From assembly GCA_010909165.1 (NCBI GenBank), contig MU008163.1:806001-870000 (forward strand): a DNA stretch of 64,000 nucleotides, read 5' to 3'. The position numbers and the translations under genes are program-made. A model generated the notes under the pieces. The model did no database searches. It was not told the DNA's origin and saw nothing but the letters and a program-made list of their open reading frames with translations. Origin of the DNA: Anthoceros angustus. Its lineage: Eukaryota > Plantae > Anthocerotophyta. This document shows positions 34,201-46,800 of this stretch, piece after piece; position 1 is the stretch's first letter; every line of letters starts with the position of its first letter.

Positions 34201-37200
34201 ATGCTTGTTTCAAGGTTAGCGGTTCCTCTGGATCAACTGTGGCTTTGTAAACTTGATAATAAGGTGTGAGAGGAGAAATGGGGTCATCGAGTGACAAGAT
34301 ATCCCAAAGGTGGTTCCTTCCATCCAGCAGTCCTGCAATGGTCTAGTCCTAAGATTGTACCTTGGTGCGGTTGTTGAATGTGTTCTTCAATGTCGACCAC
34401 TTGTTGAGTGGTTCTGCGTGTAACGCAGCTCTTGTTCGCTCGTCGTCGAATTCATCCACTTGCTCGCCGACGGGCTCATCCTCAAAGGAATACGATCCTC
34501 CTCACGAATTTCAACATCATAGTCGATTTCATCATCGCTAAATGTTGAGGTTCTTCTAAATCGGATCCGGTAGTTGGTCGTCTTGGAATATATTCTAACT
34601 CCTCCTCCTCCTCCCGCAATGAGGTTCATCCATAGGAGCTTCATGCGGAGGGAGTGAATGAATGATGACAAAATCATCGTCATCAAAAATGGAAGGCTCG
34701 GATGCGCAGAGGAAGGAGCATCGGGAGTAATGGGAGCGATGCCCCATAATAGGAGAAAGAATATGAGATTCATGAAAGGTCACGCTCCTAGCATAAATGA
34801 GCTTTCGGGTAGATGGGTCAAATAACTTGTAACCCTTAATGCCTTCTGTGTAGCCAATAAAGGTATATTTGGCTGCCTTGGGATCCAGCTTCTTGCGTTG
34901 TACTTTGGGGATGAACACATAAGCAGGGGATCCGAAGATTCGTAAATGATCAATAGAAGGTTTTCTCCCAGTAAAAGCTTCATATGGAGTCATGCCTTGG
35001 ACTGCGGAAGTCGGCAGTCTATTAAGGAGATATGTTGCTGTCAATATAGCTTCAGCCCAATAACTTTTAGATAATGTAGCTTGGGTGAGCAAACAGCCTG
35101 TGATCTCCTGGAGGCGTAAATTTTTGTTTTCTGCTACGCCATTTTGCTGAGGTGTGTGTACCACACTAAGTTGTTGCGCTATACCTTCAGCGCGGCAAAA
35201 TTCAGCAAATTCATTTGAAGTGAACTCTCCTCCATTATCGGAGCGAAGAGTTTTAAGCTTCCTGTCGGTAAGTCTCTCTGCCCACATCATATATTCTTTG
35301 AAGAAAGAAAAGGCCTGACTCTTATGGCGGAGGATGTAGGTGAGGACGAACCGGGAATAATCATCAGTGAAGGTTAAAAAGTATCTACAACCACTAAATG
35401 AAGGTGCAGATATCGGACCACAAATGTCTGTGTGAACCAACTCTAAGGGTGCCTAGCCCTCCGAGGGATGGATTGTGGAATGGAGCTTGATGACGTTTGG
35501 TTATGACGCAAGCTTCACACAGGAGAGGTTCAAGTTTAGGAATACAGGAGTTCTATACAGTTTCCTTAGACATTTGGATAAGCTTTTGGCTATTCGGATG
35601 ACCTAATCGATGCCAAAGCATGGTGCTTGAAGAGTGGAATGGGAGGCTACATTGATGAGGTGTAACGGACCCACTTGACCGAGAGTTTATAGAGTCCATC
35701 TTCTAGTGTGCAGGCAGTTGTGTGATACTTATTAGTATGATAGTAAAGGAGACACAAATCGGCTTCAAGGATAATTTGCATGTTATGTTCTTGACATAAA
35801 CTAGCGGTGACACTAGATTCTTGCACATGGAGGGTACATAAAGGACATGGGAGAGAGTAAGAACTGCCGTGGAGCACTTTAATGCCACGGAACCTACACC
35901 AAATATGGTGAGGTTATGGTCGCCTAGGAGCACTGTTTGTTGTCCTTTTGATGGCGAATAAGACTCAAAAAAGTTAAGGTCGTGACATATATGAGATGTT
36001 GCACCACCGTCTAAATACCAATTTTGGTTTGATGGCTTGGAACTTGCCAAGCGCATGAGTCTTGATGGAGTTGCCGTGGAGGGCTTCTTCTTAACGGCAA
36101 CATGTGCTCCTGTGGTGAACTCCTTCTTGGGCTCACCATTTTTCTTCTTCCAACAATCCTTCTCCATATGGTTGGTCATCTTGCACCAATTGCAGGTAAC
36201 TCCAGCCTTCTTCATGCCTTTTGAAGGTTTAAATGAAGAAGTGGATGGTCCTTGAAAATTGTGAGTAGGAGTCGGTCTAGGAGTGAAGTTTCCGCGGCCT
36301 CGGCCACGTCCTCTTCCTCTACCGCGTCCTGTGTACATTACTTGCTGGCGGGCTGATCGGGGATTTTCATTTCGACGGCTTGCGTCCTCCTCAATAAGTG
36401 CTCCTATTAATTCACTTACGCTGATATCCAGCGTTGTGGAGCCCGTTAATTTCTTCTGTTTTTGCAGCTCTAAGGACCGCATTTTGCGTTGTCACAAAGG
36501 GCCTATAGGAGGCGGCAAGTGGCGAGGAGAGCAATAAAAGTTTGTTTCTCTGTAAGTTTTTCTTGAGGATGCATTGAAATTATTCTTGCACACGGAAGTT
36601 GCTCAAGTGTTGTTGTAAGGAATCGCCTCCTTCATCCTTATAGTATATAAGTGACGTGTGGCGATCAATAAGCTCATTCCATCTTTGGAGGCATAAGTCG
36701 AGCTAACTTCTCCCACATCTCTGCGGTGTTTGCGTCGCAACTTGGAGTACCATCGCTTGGTAAGTCCGTTCATTAAAACGTCTGCTCTCCGATCTTTGGC
36801 TTCCCATTCATCTATAGCATCGAGTCCCAAGTGGAACATTCTTCCGCACTGCTGACAATATTCCATAAGTCGCGGTCGAGACACCTTGGGCACGATTTTG
36901 CCATACATCGCCCTTGCCGTTGAATCTATCTTTGTCTTTAAAGTTGTCACCTTGAATCACTTGAGGCTTGGATTCATTACGCTTTTAGCTTTCTCCTTTT
37001 CTTCCCTTTTAAATTGCTCCCATTCATCTCGCCATATAGATTGTTGTTCTTCAAGCCATTTGGTCTTTTGGGCCAAAATTTTGCTCGCGCAAGTCATCAA
37101 TATCCACGTCGAGATCGTCCGACCCCACCATTGCAAGTAATTTTAATGATGCAGTTATGCGTGGTTGACACGCCGTCTTCTTGCATTGTTTTGCGGAAAG

Positions 37201-38867
37201 AGGCGGCAAGTGGCGAGAGAGCAATAAAAGTTTGTTTCTCTGTAAGTTTTTCTTGAGAGGATGCATTGAAATTATTCTTTGCAATACGGAAGTTGCTCAA
37301 GTGTTGTTGTAAGGAATCGCCTCCTTCATCCTTATAGTATATAAGTGACGTGTGGCGATCAATAAGCTCATTCCATCTTTGGAGGCATAAGTCGAGCTAA
37401 CTTCTCCCACATCTCTGCGGTGTTTTGCGTCGCAACTTGGAGTACCATCGTAAGTCCGTTCATTAAAACGTCTCGGGCTCTCCGATCTTTGGCTTCCCAT
37501 TCATCTATAGCATCGAGTCCCAAGTGGAACATTCTTCCGCATCGCTGACAATATTCCATAAGTCGGCAGACACCTTGGGCACGTGTTGCCATACGTACCC
37601 TTTGTTGAATCTATCTTTGTCTTTAAAGTTGTCACCTTGAATCACTTGAGGCTTGGATTCATTACGCTTTTAGCTTTCTCCTTTTCTTCCTTTTAAATTG
37701 CTCCCATTCATCTCGCCATATAGATTGTTGTTCTTCAAGCCATTTGGTCTTTTGGGCGTAAAATTTTGCTCGCGAGTCATCAATATCCACGTCGAGATCG
37801 TCCGACCCCACCATTGCAAGTAATTTTAATGATGCAGTTATGCGTGGTTGACACGCCGTCTTCTTGCATTGTTTTGCGGAAAGAGGCGCGCGGTACAACA
37901 TTCTTCAAATTATGAATTTCGCATCATAATCGAATCTGCAGACTTACAATCAAGTGAGAAGAGACCTTGTGAAAGGTCTCGGTCAACAAGTCTATCGAGA
38001 TAATATTGATTTGTTGTGTATTGTAAGTCAATTTCTCATTGATAGCGGTGATTTATTCTAAGTTCGCTCTAATGGAATCAAGAGATTGCTGCAGATGATC
38101 CGGATTAGGAGCGAAGATACTAGCCTTATTTTTATGTACTTAGAGATGGCAGACTCTATAGCACTATATTGATAAAGGCTAAATGTAGAAAGGAGAGCTT
38201 TACGAGCATAAATGATATCTTGTACTCTATCTCCTGACTTAGACAAAAGGGCTTCAATGAGACAACATACTTGTGCCTCTAAAACATCAATCTGAGGAGA
38301 ATTGAGGTCAAACTCCTCCTGAATGTAAGAAGATTTGATTTGATGTTGTTTCTTCTTCTTTGAAGCCTTGATCTTCCTCCTAAATTCTTGTCTGCTTGGA
38401 TTAAAGGAATCCATGAAGAGCAGACAAGAAATTGATGCACAATATGTGCATCATTGTGTGCTGGTCACCGATGATTGTCTAAAGGCGAAATCTCCACGCA
38501 TTATCTTCATTTGAAGTACTACAAACGCAAAAGCATTGGAGAAAATTGCCTAGAGCATAAGGAAGCGAGGTGCTCAAGCACAAAGAGCTAAATGCTCGAT
38601 ACCATGATGAGAATCAATAGCTCTTAGATAGAAGAGAAACAATGGAATGAATTGATTAATGAGTAAAGTACAAGCCTTTAAATAGGTGGGTGGTAGTGGT
38701 TACAACAATATGTTGTTGTAACCATAAGTGGTTGCAACCATAAGTTGTTGCAACTATAAGTTGTTGTAACTAACATAACAACTAACTACCTAAAGCCCTA
38801 GCTCTTAAATAATGTTTGAGTAATTAGGCCCTAATGAATAGTGCCCTAAGCTAGACCTATTTCATCA
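31248..38867 (-). mobile_element. Full-length Ty1/Copia LTR retrotransposon (Copia-1), frameshifted
   Basis: LTRs 31248-31513 and 38605-38867 have TG..CA ends and are nearly identical (by eye 3 deleted bases and 1 substitution). TSD TATTC, PBS TGGTATC(A)GAGC 38594-38604, PPT GAGTGGGAG 31514-31522. Order: gag (RGRGRG, CNWCKMTNHMEKDC), PR (WYLDGGATSH), INT (VHTDICGP..LRSDNGGEF), RT (YKARLVARGF, VDDL), RH (AYADADYAGD). Confidence 0.95.
36508..37887. repeat. ~690-bp tandem duplication of the Copia-1 gag segment
   Basis: Unit gaggcggcaagtggcgag...ttgcggaaagaggc occurs twice with many small indels between copies. Confidence 0.85.
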
Positions 38868-39777
38868 TATTCTGCCTGAGCTCTACAACCTATCGCCTGA
38901 ACGGACTTCATCATGTTGGGTCCGGCGGCTCCACAACCCTAAGTGGGTGCCACTCCACAACTCGTCGGACCAGACGCGCAGCCACCGGACCTTCCAACAA
39001 ACCCCGCTCGGGTTTCTCCAGTACCACCGGAACAGGTTTAACGACGCGTTCCTCCGTCGGACCTCGACCGACCACTCCACAACTCGTCGCCATAGCTCCA
39101 CCTCAACACACGGGCCGCAACGCGGTCTTCCTCCCTTATCCATCCCCAGATAGTAATCACAACACCAACACGCCGATGTATTCACACCGAGCTGCCTTTG
39201 CTCCCTCCTACCGCTTCACGCTTTATGAGAGTGGCTTCACTGCAACCCCACGACCTCCGTTCCAGGCCTCCGTGGATGGCTTCCGCCCAGGTCATCCACA
39301 GCGCCCCTAACCTCCGGTGGCTTCACTGCTCGGGAGTGGCTTCACTGCAACCCCACGACCTCCGTTCCAGCCTCCAAGGTTAGTCCCGCACCCGAAATCA
39401 CCCGCGAGCACCTCCGAGCTCAGTCCGACACCGTGTGCACCCATCAAGTGTGTTGGCGGGCTCGTCACCGAGCTCTAAACACATCCCTCTACCACCAATT
39501 AATCCCGCGGTGGCGAGAACTCACTCCGCTCCTCGAGCACGGAAGGCAAGAGCACACGGAGCGCGAAGATGGTACCCGGGATAGTCTGCCGTCTTGGACG
39601 CCAGGCCTTCCTATATACCCCACATATCCTAATCTAACCCGCCTATGTATGTACCCTAACCTGGGTCGTAGTAACCGCCAGGACGTAGCTCATCATTGCA
39701 ACGGACTTCTTCCACCAGCTACTTCCTTTCCAAGCAGTAGATCCGTTCCAAACTATGCCAACTAGGCTACGCCAGCC

Positions 39778-40062
39778 ACACCACTCCGTCGGACCTCGCC
39801 GGACGGACCACTCCTTCGGACCTCGACCGGACGGACCACTCCGTCGGACCTCGACCGGACGGACCACTCCGTCGGACCTCGACCGGACCACTCCGTCGGA
39901 CCTCGACCGGGCGGACCACTCCGTCGGACCTCGACCGGACGGACCACTCCTTCGGACCTCGACCGGACCACTCCGTCGGACCTCGACCGACCACTCCGGA
40001 CCTCGACCGGACCACTCACCGGACCTCGGCCGGACCTCGACCGACCACTCCGTCGGACCCGA
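39778..40062. repeat. Minisatellite, 23-28-bp unit (ccactccgtcggacctcgaccggacgga), ~10 copies
   Basis: Directly visible. A related motif lies at ~39053-39080 and a separate ~43-bp duplicate at ~39229 and ~39333. Confidence 0.95.
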
Positions 40063-42299
40063 GGTTAGGATTGCACTCTAAGTGCAATCGCCAAACGGCC
40101 TTATTGGCTAACTCCTCCCTATCCCTCTTAACAAGAATGTGACCCAAAAACAAAACAAGCCTAAAACCAGTCGCCAGGAGTGCGGACATCGGTTTTGGCA
40201 CTCCACACATACCTTCTTTTACGATCAAAGTACACTTCGCCATCCACACCTGGCTTTTGTGATAGTGGTAATGTGGTGCCGTCTATAAAACCCACACAGC
40301 CTGGGAAACCTTCCTCTTGCATGACACGTCCAAGCTCTCGACGTCTTCCTGCAGCAGGCCACTCTAGCCAACCATCAAATTGAGCAAATTAGCTTCTATC
40401 ACTCGGTTGGTAAATAGGCAAACAGTTCCTGCCCCAACCCCAAATATGGCTTGCATCTTGCCGACGCTAGCTCCATTGCCATTAGCGCCCAACCTACATA
40501 GGGTCAAAGCCAATTGCCAAGCCGGAGCTGTTTGGGAACACTGAGAACCATTGTTGAAAACCGGATGACCCTCAAGGACTGTGAAGAGTGACACGAAGCC
40601 CCGACCGGAGGTGCGAAATAGTTGCCTAAATTCCTCGTCAGCAATCATGGAGAAAGAATCGAGAAAGAAGTGCACAGGACGATGTCTGGGCTCTCGAGCA
40701 GACAAATATCGAGAGGCACAAGAAAAAAAGAAAAGGTCAACAGCCTCATCTTCATCAGACGATTCGAAGGATGACGATTCGAAGGATGAGTCCTCAACAG
40801 AGGCGAACGCAATCCACCTGGAAAGGTCGCTAAAAAACTCTTGCCTCTCAGACTTGTAAGGCATGGTTGTTCTCCTTTGTTCCGCAGCGACCACAACCCA
40901 GACTTGGGTTTCGTTGAAGCGTCGTAGTCCGGCAAAGATTGTAGTTGCCCATCTCGGCACGCCGGTGATATCGTGAGCCGTCGGTGATATACAAATCCAG
41001 TGCGACCTGCGGATATGATTTCGCGATATCACTCGCATTTCCTTCTGAATACCGTCGGATACATGGGTTCGTATTTCCATATCAGCTCCATTTTGCACAA
41101 GTTTGAAACCCCCTAATGTGTGCAGACTTTGGATGATCTATGTATGTATGTAGGAACTTACATACATCAAAGGGTCATCTTCATATCCCTAGGATATTAT
41201 CTATTTATTTTATTTAATATTAAAATTTTAAATATATATAATTCATTTAATATTTTATAACTAGTTATACCGAAGTCATTACTGGGCAGCGTGTGTGTGA
41301 CATTTTTTTTTTGGCCAGTATTCTACACTCAAGGTCCCTCGCTATCTTCAAGACTCCTTCACCTTGTACGGACGGGCCACATCATTGCATGGCCATGCGG
41401 CAAAAAATTTGTATCTCACAACTTGAGAAATGTGGTGTTTGGATGTTGTTATCTAGTTTTTTTCCTGCCATTTTGGGTTTTTTTAACACTGACACATGTT
41501 TCTATTCTTCGGAAACACATATGCACATGTTTGATGGACATGTCTGCCCCCGGAGAAACGGCTCGCCATCAAGTATCCGAATGGATGGCTGGGGTTTAGG
41601 GTTACATGTTCAAGAGTGTGTTTCCACAAGGCTGTTGAAGGCCTGTTGAAGGCAGCTAAATATCTGCTCAAGCATGGTGAAGGCTGCTGCTATAGGTGTG
41701 CTCAAAGGCTGCACACTGCTGCAGGTGTGCTCAAGATTACTCAAAGGCTGCACATGGATGTTGCAGGGGCTTATGGGTCCCATACTTTGTGGCTCAGGTC
41801 CAGGTTGGCGAGGGTTAGCCATACGGTTGCTTACGCGAACTCGCTTGGAAGCCCAACAATGTTCTGACTGCCCTAAGAAAGAAAAACATGTATTCCGCAC
41901 GCAAAAAGATTCTTGAAATACCTATGAGGACGTCGGTACACGGGGACAGGCCTCCCGGCCGATGTCGTCAAAGTGTGTGACCTAAGAAGTTTTCCTGCCA
42001 TATTCAATGGGAAAACTTCTTATATAACTGTTTTCCCGCCGGAAAACTTCTTATATAACCCTCGATAAAAACCCTTGGTGTAAGAGTAACAAGTTCGGTA
42101 TTCCATGGTTATCAATATATTATAACAAACTTTTTAATGATAAAATTTAAAAATTTAAAATATGCATCGAAATCTTATGATAAAATTTGATGGATTAGTG
42201 CATAAGAACACTAACAACTGGAGAAAGTTGATCTTGAATAACCCTGTGGGCACTAACAACTAGAGAAAGTTGAGTAACCCTGCGTTTGTTACATGTCAC

Positions 42300-43070
42300 A
42301 ACAAGTTGGCACTTGACTTGCGGACATGTATGGAAAATGTGGCGAAGTGAAGATGCACGCCACATGCTTTTGGCAGCTTGGCCACAAAACCTGTGGTGAT
42401 ATAGACGGCCTTAATTGCTGGTTATGCAAATCAATGGGCTTGGTCAAGAGGCCCTTGCTGGACTAATGAAGCTGGAGTAGGAGGTCGATGTGGCTAACTA
42501 TGTCTCTTTTGCTTGGCTCCGAAGGCCTGTGGAAGTGCTATTGCCTTACAGAAGGCCAGACAACTGCGCTCACAGATGATGGAAAGAGGACTCCTAGACT
42601 ACGCTCCCAGAGCATGGAAAGAGGACTCCTAGACTGCGCTCACAGAGCATGGAAAGAGGACTCCCAGATGACATACTGGTTGGCACTTGGTGGGCATGTA
42701 CAAACTGTGGTGAACTGGAAGATGCACGCCGAGCTTTTGACTGCTTGGTGACAAAGGATGTGGTGACAAGAAATGCCCTGATTGCCTGGCATGCAAACCA
42801 TGGGCACTTGTAAACACGGCCTTGATGTGTATGGACAAATGGAGCAGGATGGCCTGATTGTGGCTGACCATGTTATCTTCGCTTGCCTTCTGAAGGCCTG
42901 TGTAAAGTTCCCCTGGTGCCTTACAGAAGAGCAGGCAGCTGCACTCACAGATTATGGAAAGAGGCCAGCTAGATGACATGCTGGTGGGCAACTTCCTAGT
43001 GGACATGTACGCAAAATTTGGTGAACTGGAAGCTGCATTTCGGGTCTTTGTATGTAAAATGAGGCGAACT
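42300..43070 (+). pseudogene. Degenerate PLS-class PPR fragment
   Basis: Broken motifs DMYGKCGEV.DAR, TALIAGYA..GLGQEALA, LDVYGQMEQDG..DHVIFACLLKAC, GNFLVDMYAKFGELEAA, with stops and frameshifts. Confidence 0.8.
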
Positions 43071-43846
43071 GGAAGTGCAACAAACACTGGTCACAATTAG
43101 GAAGAAACCATAAGGCACAGAATGAAAATTAAAACACTGGCCATTTTTGGGCAGTGCGCTGATGATAAGGATGGCCGAGGATAAGCAGCTCCTCCTCAGC
43201 AGTCATATCTTGGCTTCCTTCCTGACTGAGAAACCCCGGCTTCCTTCCTAAGTTTATGGATGGAGGAGATTTCCACTCAACGATCCGTAACAAAAGTCGA
43301 TTGTATCAAGGCTTTTGCCCACAACAGCTTCACAGACCTGAATTAGTAGTAACACATGAGCAGCAGGCAATCAAGCAACTTTCACAATGTATCGAACAGA
43401 GTGAGAAATGCACGTAGAAATGTACTGAACAGACCAATGTCTGAGCACGGCTCAGCACACAAATGAGGAAGAGACAACACGTGCACAGGCAGGCTGTGTA
43501 TGTGTCAACTCCCACCGGCGTCAACGACAGTGAAACGAAGCCGAACCCCACCTTGTCGCATTTTGCCAGAAAACCTTTTGGCAACATAAGTGCAGAGCTT
43601 GGGAACGTCAGGGAAACAGACCTCACTTGGTAAACGCCTCAGAAAACTGCAGAGAGCCACTGTTAGGAAGATCGAGAATTCGCCGCAGCTGATACAACTT
43701 GGTCATCAGCCCTCCGCGATGTCCTTCAGATGGAATATTACTGGTCGGACGTGTCTTCTTTTTGAACAATACCAGAAGGCTTGATCATCTTATCCAGCAT
43801 CCAACCTGCAGATGGGCCCAAGAAACCTCCTCCAATTTGCGAGAGT

Positions 43847-46800
43847 TAAAGTGCATACGAATCTGCGTTATGCGAATGCATGTCCAGAACCAAGGCGACA
43901 GATTGGGTACACCCCCTTCTGTCAGGTCTGCAAGGCGCCGGGACATATAGCGGGAGATGCAAGATGTACGGGGCCCAAGACCATTCTCGCCAGACCAGGG
44001 GTACGATTCGCTAACCCAGTGGTGACAGGGGAGATCCCACCGAACCCAGAGACAGGCTCACCTTCTTGAGATAAGTAAAGAAGATACGAACGTTGGGGAG
44101 AGGAGCAAGAAGGCGAACGTTGAAGATCGATTAACGGTACATTTATACACGTATTGGTGGTTGTAATCTGTCGATAATCGCTGGTGAATAATCGATTAAG
44201 CGTTATTAACTGATCTTAATTTACGTAATTGCCACATGTGTGAAACGTGCCCTAAACGAGTCCTGCCCAGTGTAGCCGGCGCATGGTGCACAACACTCCC
44301 CCTCGCCGCGAACTGGGTGCAACGATTCAGAGTGATGTCGAAGATGGCTTCGATATCCTACGCCTGCCTGCCGGTGGTTTGAGCAGCCTATCATCAATCT
44401 GGTGGCTTCTTCAACTTGTCTTGCACGTCGTCGATGCCATTGGTGACAGAGTGACGCGGTTGAAAGAAGCTGAAGTACCAAAGGTCCAGAATGCTGAAAG
44501 AGAGCTCTTCTCTCATGAAACGCGGGCAGAAACTTGATATGCTCTCAGTGGCCTTTCCCTGGAGCTGGAAGATTCGCTCCCCCTCCATGATAAGTTTCCC
44601 TTGCTGTCAACCCGATTGCTTGAACGTGTCGCTCATGTAGTGTCTTCGATAGTCCCTTTGTGAGAAGATCTGCTGTGTTCTCCTCCGTGGCGACGTAGCT
44701 GAGGGTGACCTGTTTGTTGCTCACTACTTGCCGGATGAAATGGTGCTGTATCTCCACGTGCTTCGTCCGAGCGTGCAGAATTGGATTTAGAGTCATGGCG
44801 ATCGCTGATTGGTTGTCGCACTTGAGCTCTGTTGGCTGATGTTGCTCTTCATTAATGTCCTTCAGGAATTGGCGTATCCGAGGATTTCCTTAGCGCCAAT
44901 GAAGTTGCTGCACTCGCCGGGGTGGATGAGAGGCACACTGCCGCCATCTTCTTGCACGCCAGAGAGGCTGGTTGATCATGGTGCAATAAGTCGCTGTAGA
45001 TCTTCGCATCGGATCTCCAGCCTCAAGGCTCGAAAACATGTAAGTACAAGTTTGCTACTACCGTCGATATGAGAGGCCGAGGATCCGGTTCCTTTTAAGT
45101 ACCTAAGTATTCGCTTAACGATGTCCAAAGTGGGCTTTTCCAGGATTGGAAAGATACCTAGATGCTATATTTACAGCCTGGGATATATCCGGACGTGTCA
45201 TTGCTAGGTATAGAAGGCTTCTACCATATAGGGTACTTGCTTCATTTCTTCTATTTCTGCAGGTGTAGTAGGGGAATCTTCTGCTGACACCTTTTCACCT
45301 GCGGCTATGGGTGTGGTGACAGGTCTGGCATCTTTAAGGTTAAACCTATCCAGCAACTGGTCTACGTAATGTTGCTGGTGAATAAAAAAGGAATGTTCTG
45401 TTGCACTTCTCTCAAACTGGACACCTAGGGCGAACTTGAGAAGGCCTATGTCTACAATCTCGTACTCTTTGGCAAGTAAATCTTTACGATCGAATGATCT
45501 GAGGGAACTCAAAATGAAGTTGTCGTCAACATACAAGGTAAGTAAAGCAAAATTCTTTTCTTGTCTGAGGAGGTACACACTTGGGTCTGCGGCTAAAGGT
45601 AGGAAACCAGATTTCTTTAGGAACAAGTCCACTGTTTCGTTCCATACCTGAGCGGACTGTTTTAGTCCGTAGAGGGACTTCAGTAGCTTACAAACCTTCT
45701 TGCTATTTTTGATGTATCCGGAGGTTGAAGCATGTAAATGTCTTCATTCAAGGTGCCGTACAAAAAGGCAGTTTTAACGTCGACTTGGTGAATCTCCAGA
45801 TGGTGATGAGCTGCCAGTGCCAAGAGTATTCTAACTGATGTTGATTTCACCACAGGGCTATAAAGTCGGTTCTCTTCGTAGTCAAAACCAGGGACTTGGC
45901 TGAAGCCTCTGGCGACTAGCCTTGCTTTATGTCGTGCTACTGTCCCATCTGGATTCAGCTTTCTCCTAAAGGTCCACTTGCATGAAATGGGTTTACGACC
46001 CGGGGGTAGGTCGGTCAGTATCCAAGTTTTATTCGCAACCAGTCGTATTCGAGACTTAAACTGCGGTCCATTCGAGGGTTCGGAAGGCTTCTTCAATTGA
46101 TCGAGGCACATCCTGCATCTCAATGGCTGACATAGCTTGATATAGAGCCAGTTAACATGATGAGCTTCTTCTTGTTGTTGTTGTTGCACATCTTCATCTG
46201 GAGTCAAAACCGGGTGGAGGTAAGGTTCTGGAGGTTGAAGCCCCGCTGGTAATTGTCCTTCCAGCTAGGCCGAGGAGGGCGTTGGAGTAGAGCGTCGAGT
46301 GAGGGCTCGGTACCGGTAAGGTTGCCCGTGGTCTTGCGCCATCGGTGAAGTGGGTCAAGTTCGCGCCTGGTTGGAGAGGTGGCTGACCTATGGCTTGTGG
46401 TTGTGCGGGTGCAGGTTGTGCAGGCGCTGGAGGCGGTGGTCAATTGTGGCTCAGGCCGAGCTATTGGTTGAGCGGCGATTGCCTATCTGGCCTTGCAGTT
46501 CAATGATTTCGTAATCTGTAGGGTTATATGTGTCCCCCTCAAGGTCAGAGAGGGAAGAAGGGGAGAAACCATGCAGGCTAGGAGCAGGCAGAGGGGTTTG
46601 AGTTTGCACATATTGCAGATAAGTATTGAGCAGTGTGACTTCATGAAAAAGCACGCTGCGTGAGAGGGTTACCTGACGGGTGGAAGGGTCAAGTAATCTG
46701 TATGCCTTGGATTGGTCAGAATAGCCGATGAATAAGAGCTTCTTACCCTTGTCGTCCCATTTCTTGCGCAGGTCATCAGGGATATGAGCGAATGCAGGGC

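Larger units (their letters stand above)
31097..40068. mobile_element. Unclassified repeat element inside the Harbinger intron, itself split by the Copia insertion (own sequence ~31097-31247 plus 38873-40068)
   Basis: Non-coding and rich in internal repeats, with a TATATA-like motif near 39612. Exact ends unresolved; a possible TTAG direct repeat sits at 31096 and 40065. Confidence 0.5.
30482..40864 (-). pseudogene. Harbinger transposase (DDE_Tnp_4/HARBI1-like), two exons separated by a 9.1-kb intron filled with TEs, two apparent frameshifts
   Basis: Exon 1 40864-40213 (EFRQLFRTS..QLALTLCRL..GVGAGTV..CVGFIDGT..YFDRKR). Exon 2 31071-30482 (RYSINMQVVCD..YIFADSAY..RVRNEHCIGILKSRW..CCVLHN). The phase-2 GT(40212)..AG(31072) join restores DRKRRYSINMQ. 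Confidence 0.88.
28562..41114. mobile_element. PIF/Harbinger DNA transposon, full length with nested insertions
   Basis: 16-bp TIRs AGCGGGTTTCAAACTT (28562-28577) and AAGTTTGAAACCCCCT (41099-41114), one mismatch. AAT on both flanks. Contains a convergent Myb/SANT-like ORF and a DDE transposase. Confidence 0.85.

Noticed and set aside
39778-40062. CRISPR-like repeat array (also 1366-1487, 15540-15779, 22307-22454, 54907-54993)
   Set aside because: Units are head-to-tail with no unique spacers, there are no cas genes, and the context is intron-containing eukaryotic DNA.
40071-40087. Helitron 3' hairpin (ttgcact-cta-agtgcaa)
   Set aside because: No CTRR terminus at the proper distance and no matching TC start or A|T insertion site.
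41290-41920. Ankyrin-like or other gene just right of the Harbinger TIR
   Set aside because: Short internal repeats (ctcaaaggctgcaca) give repetitive peptides but no convincing domain or splice structure.
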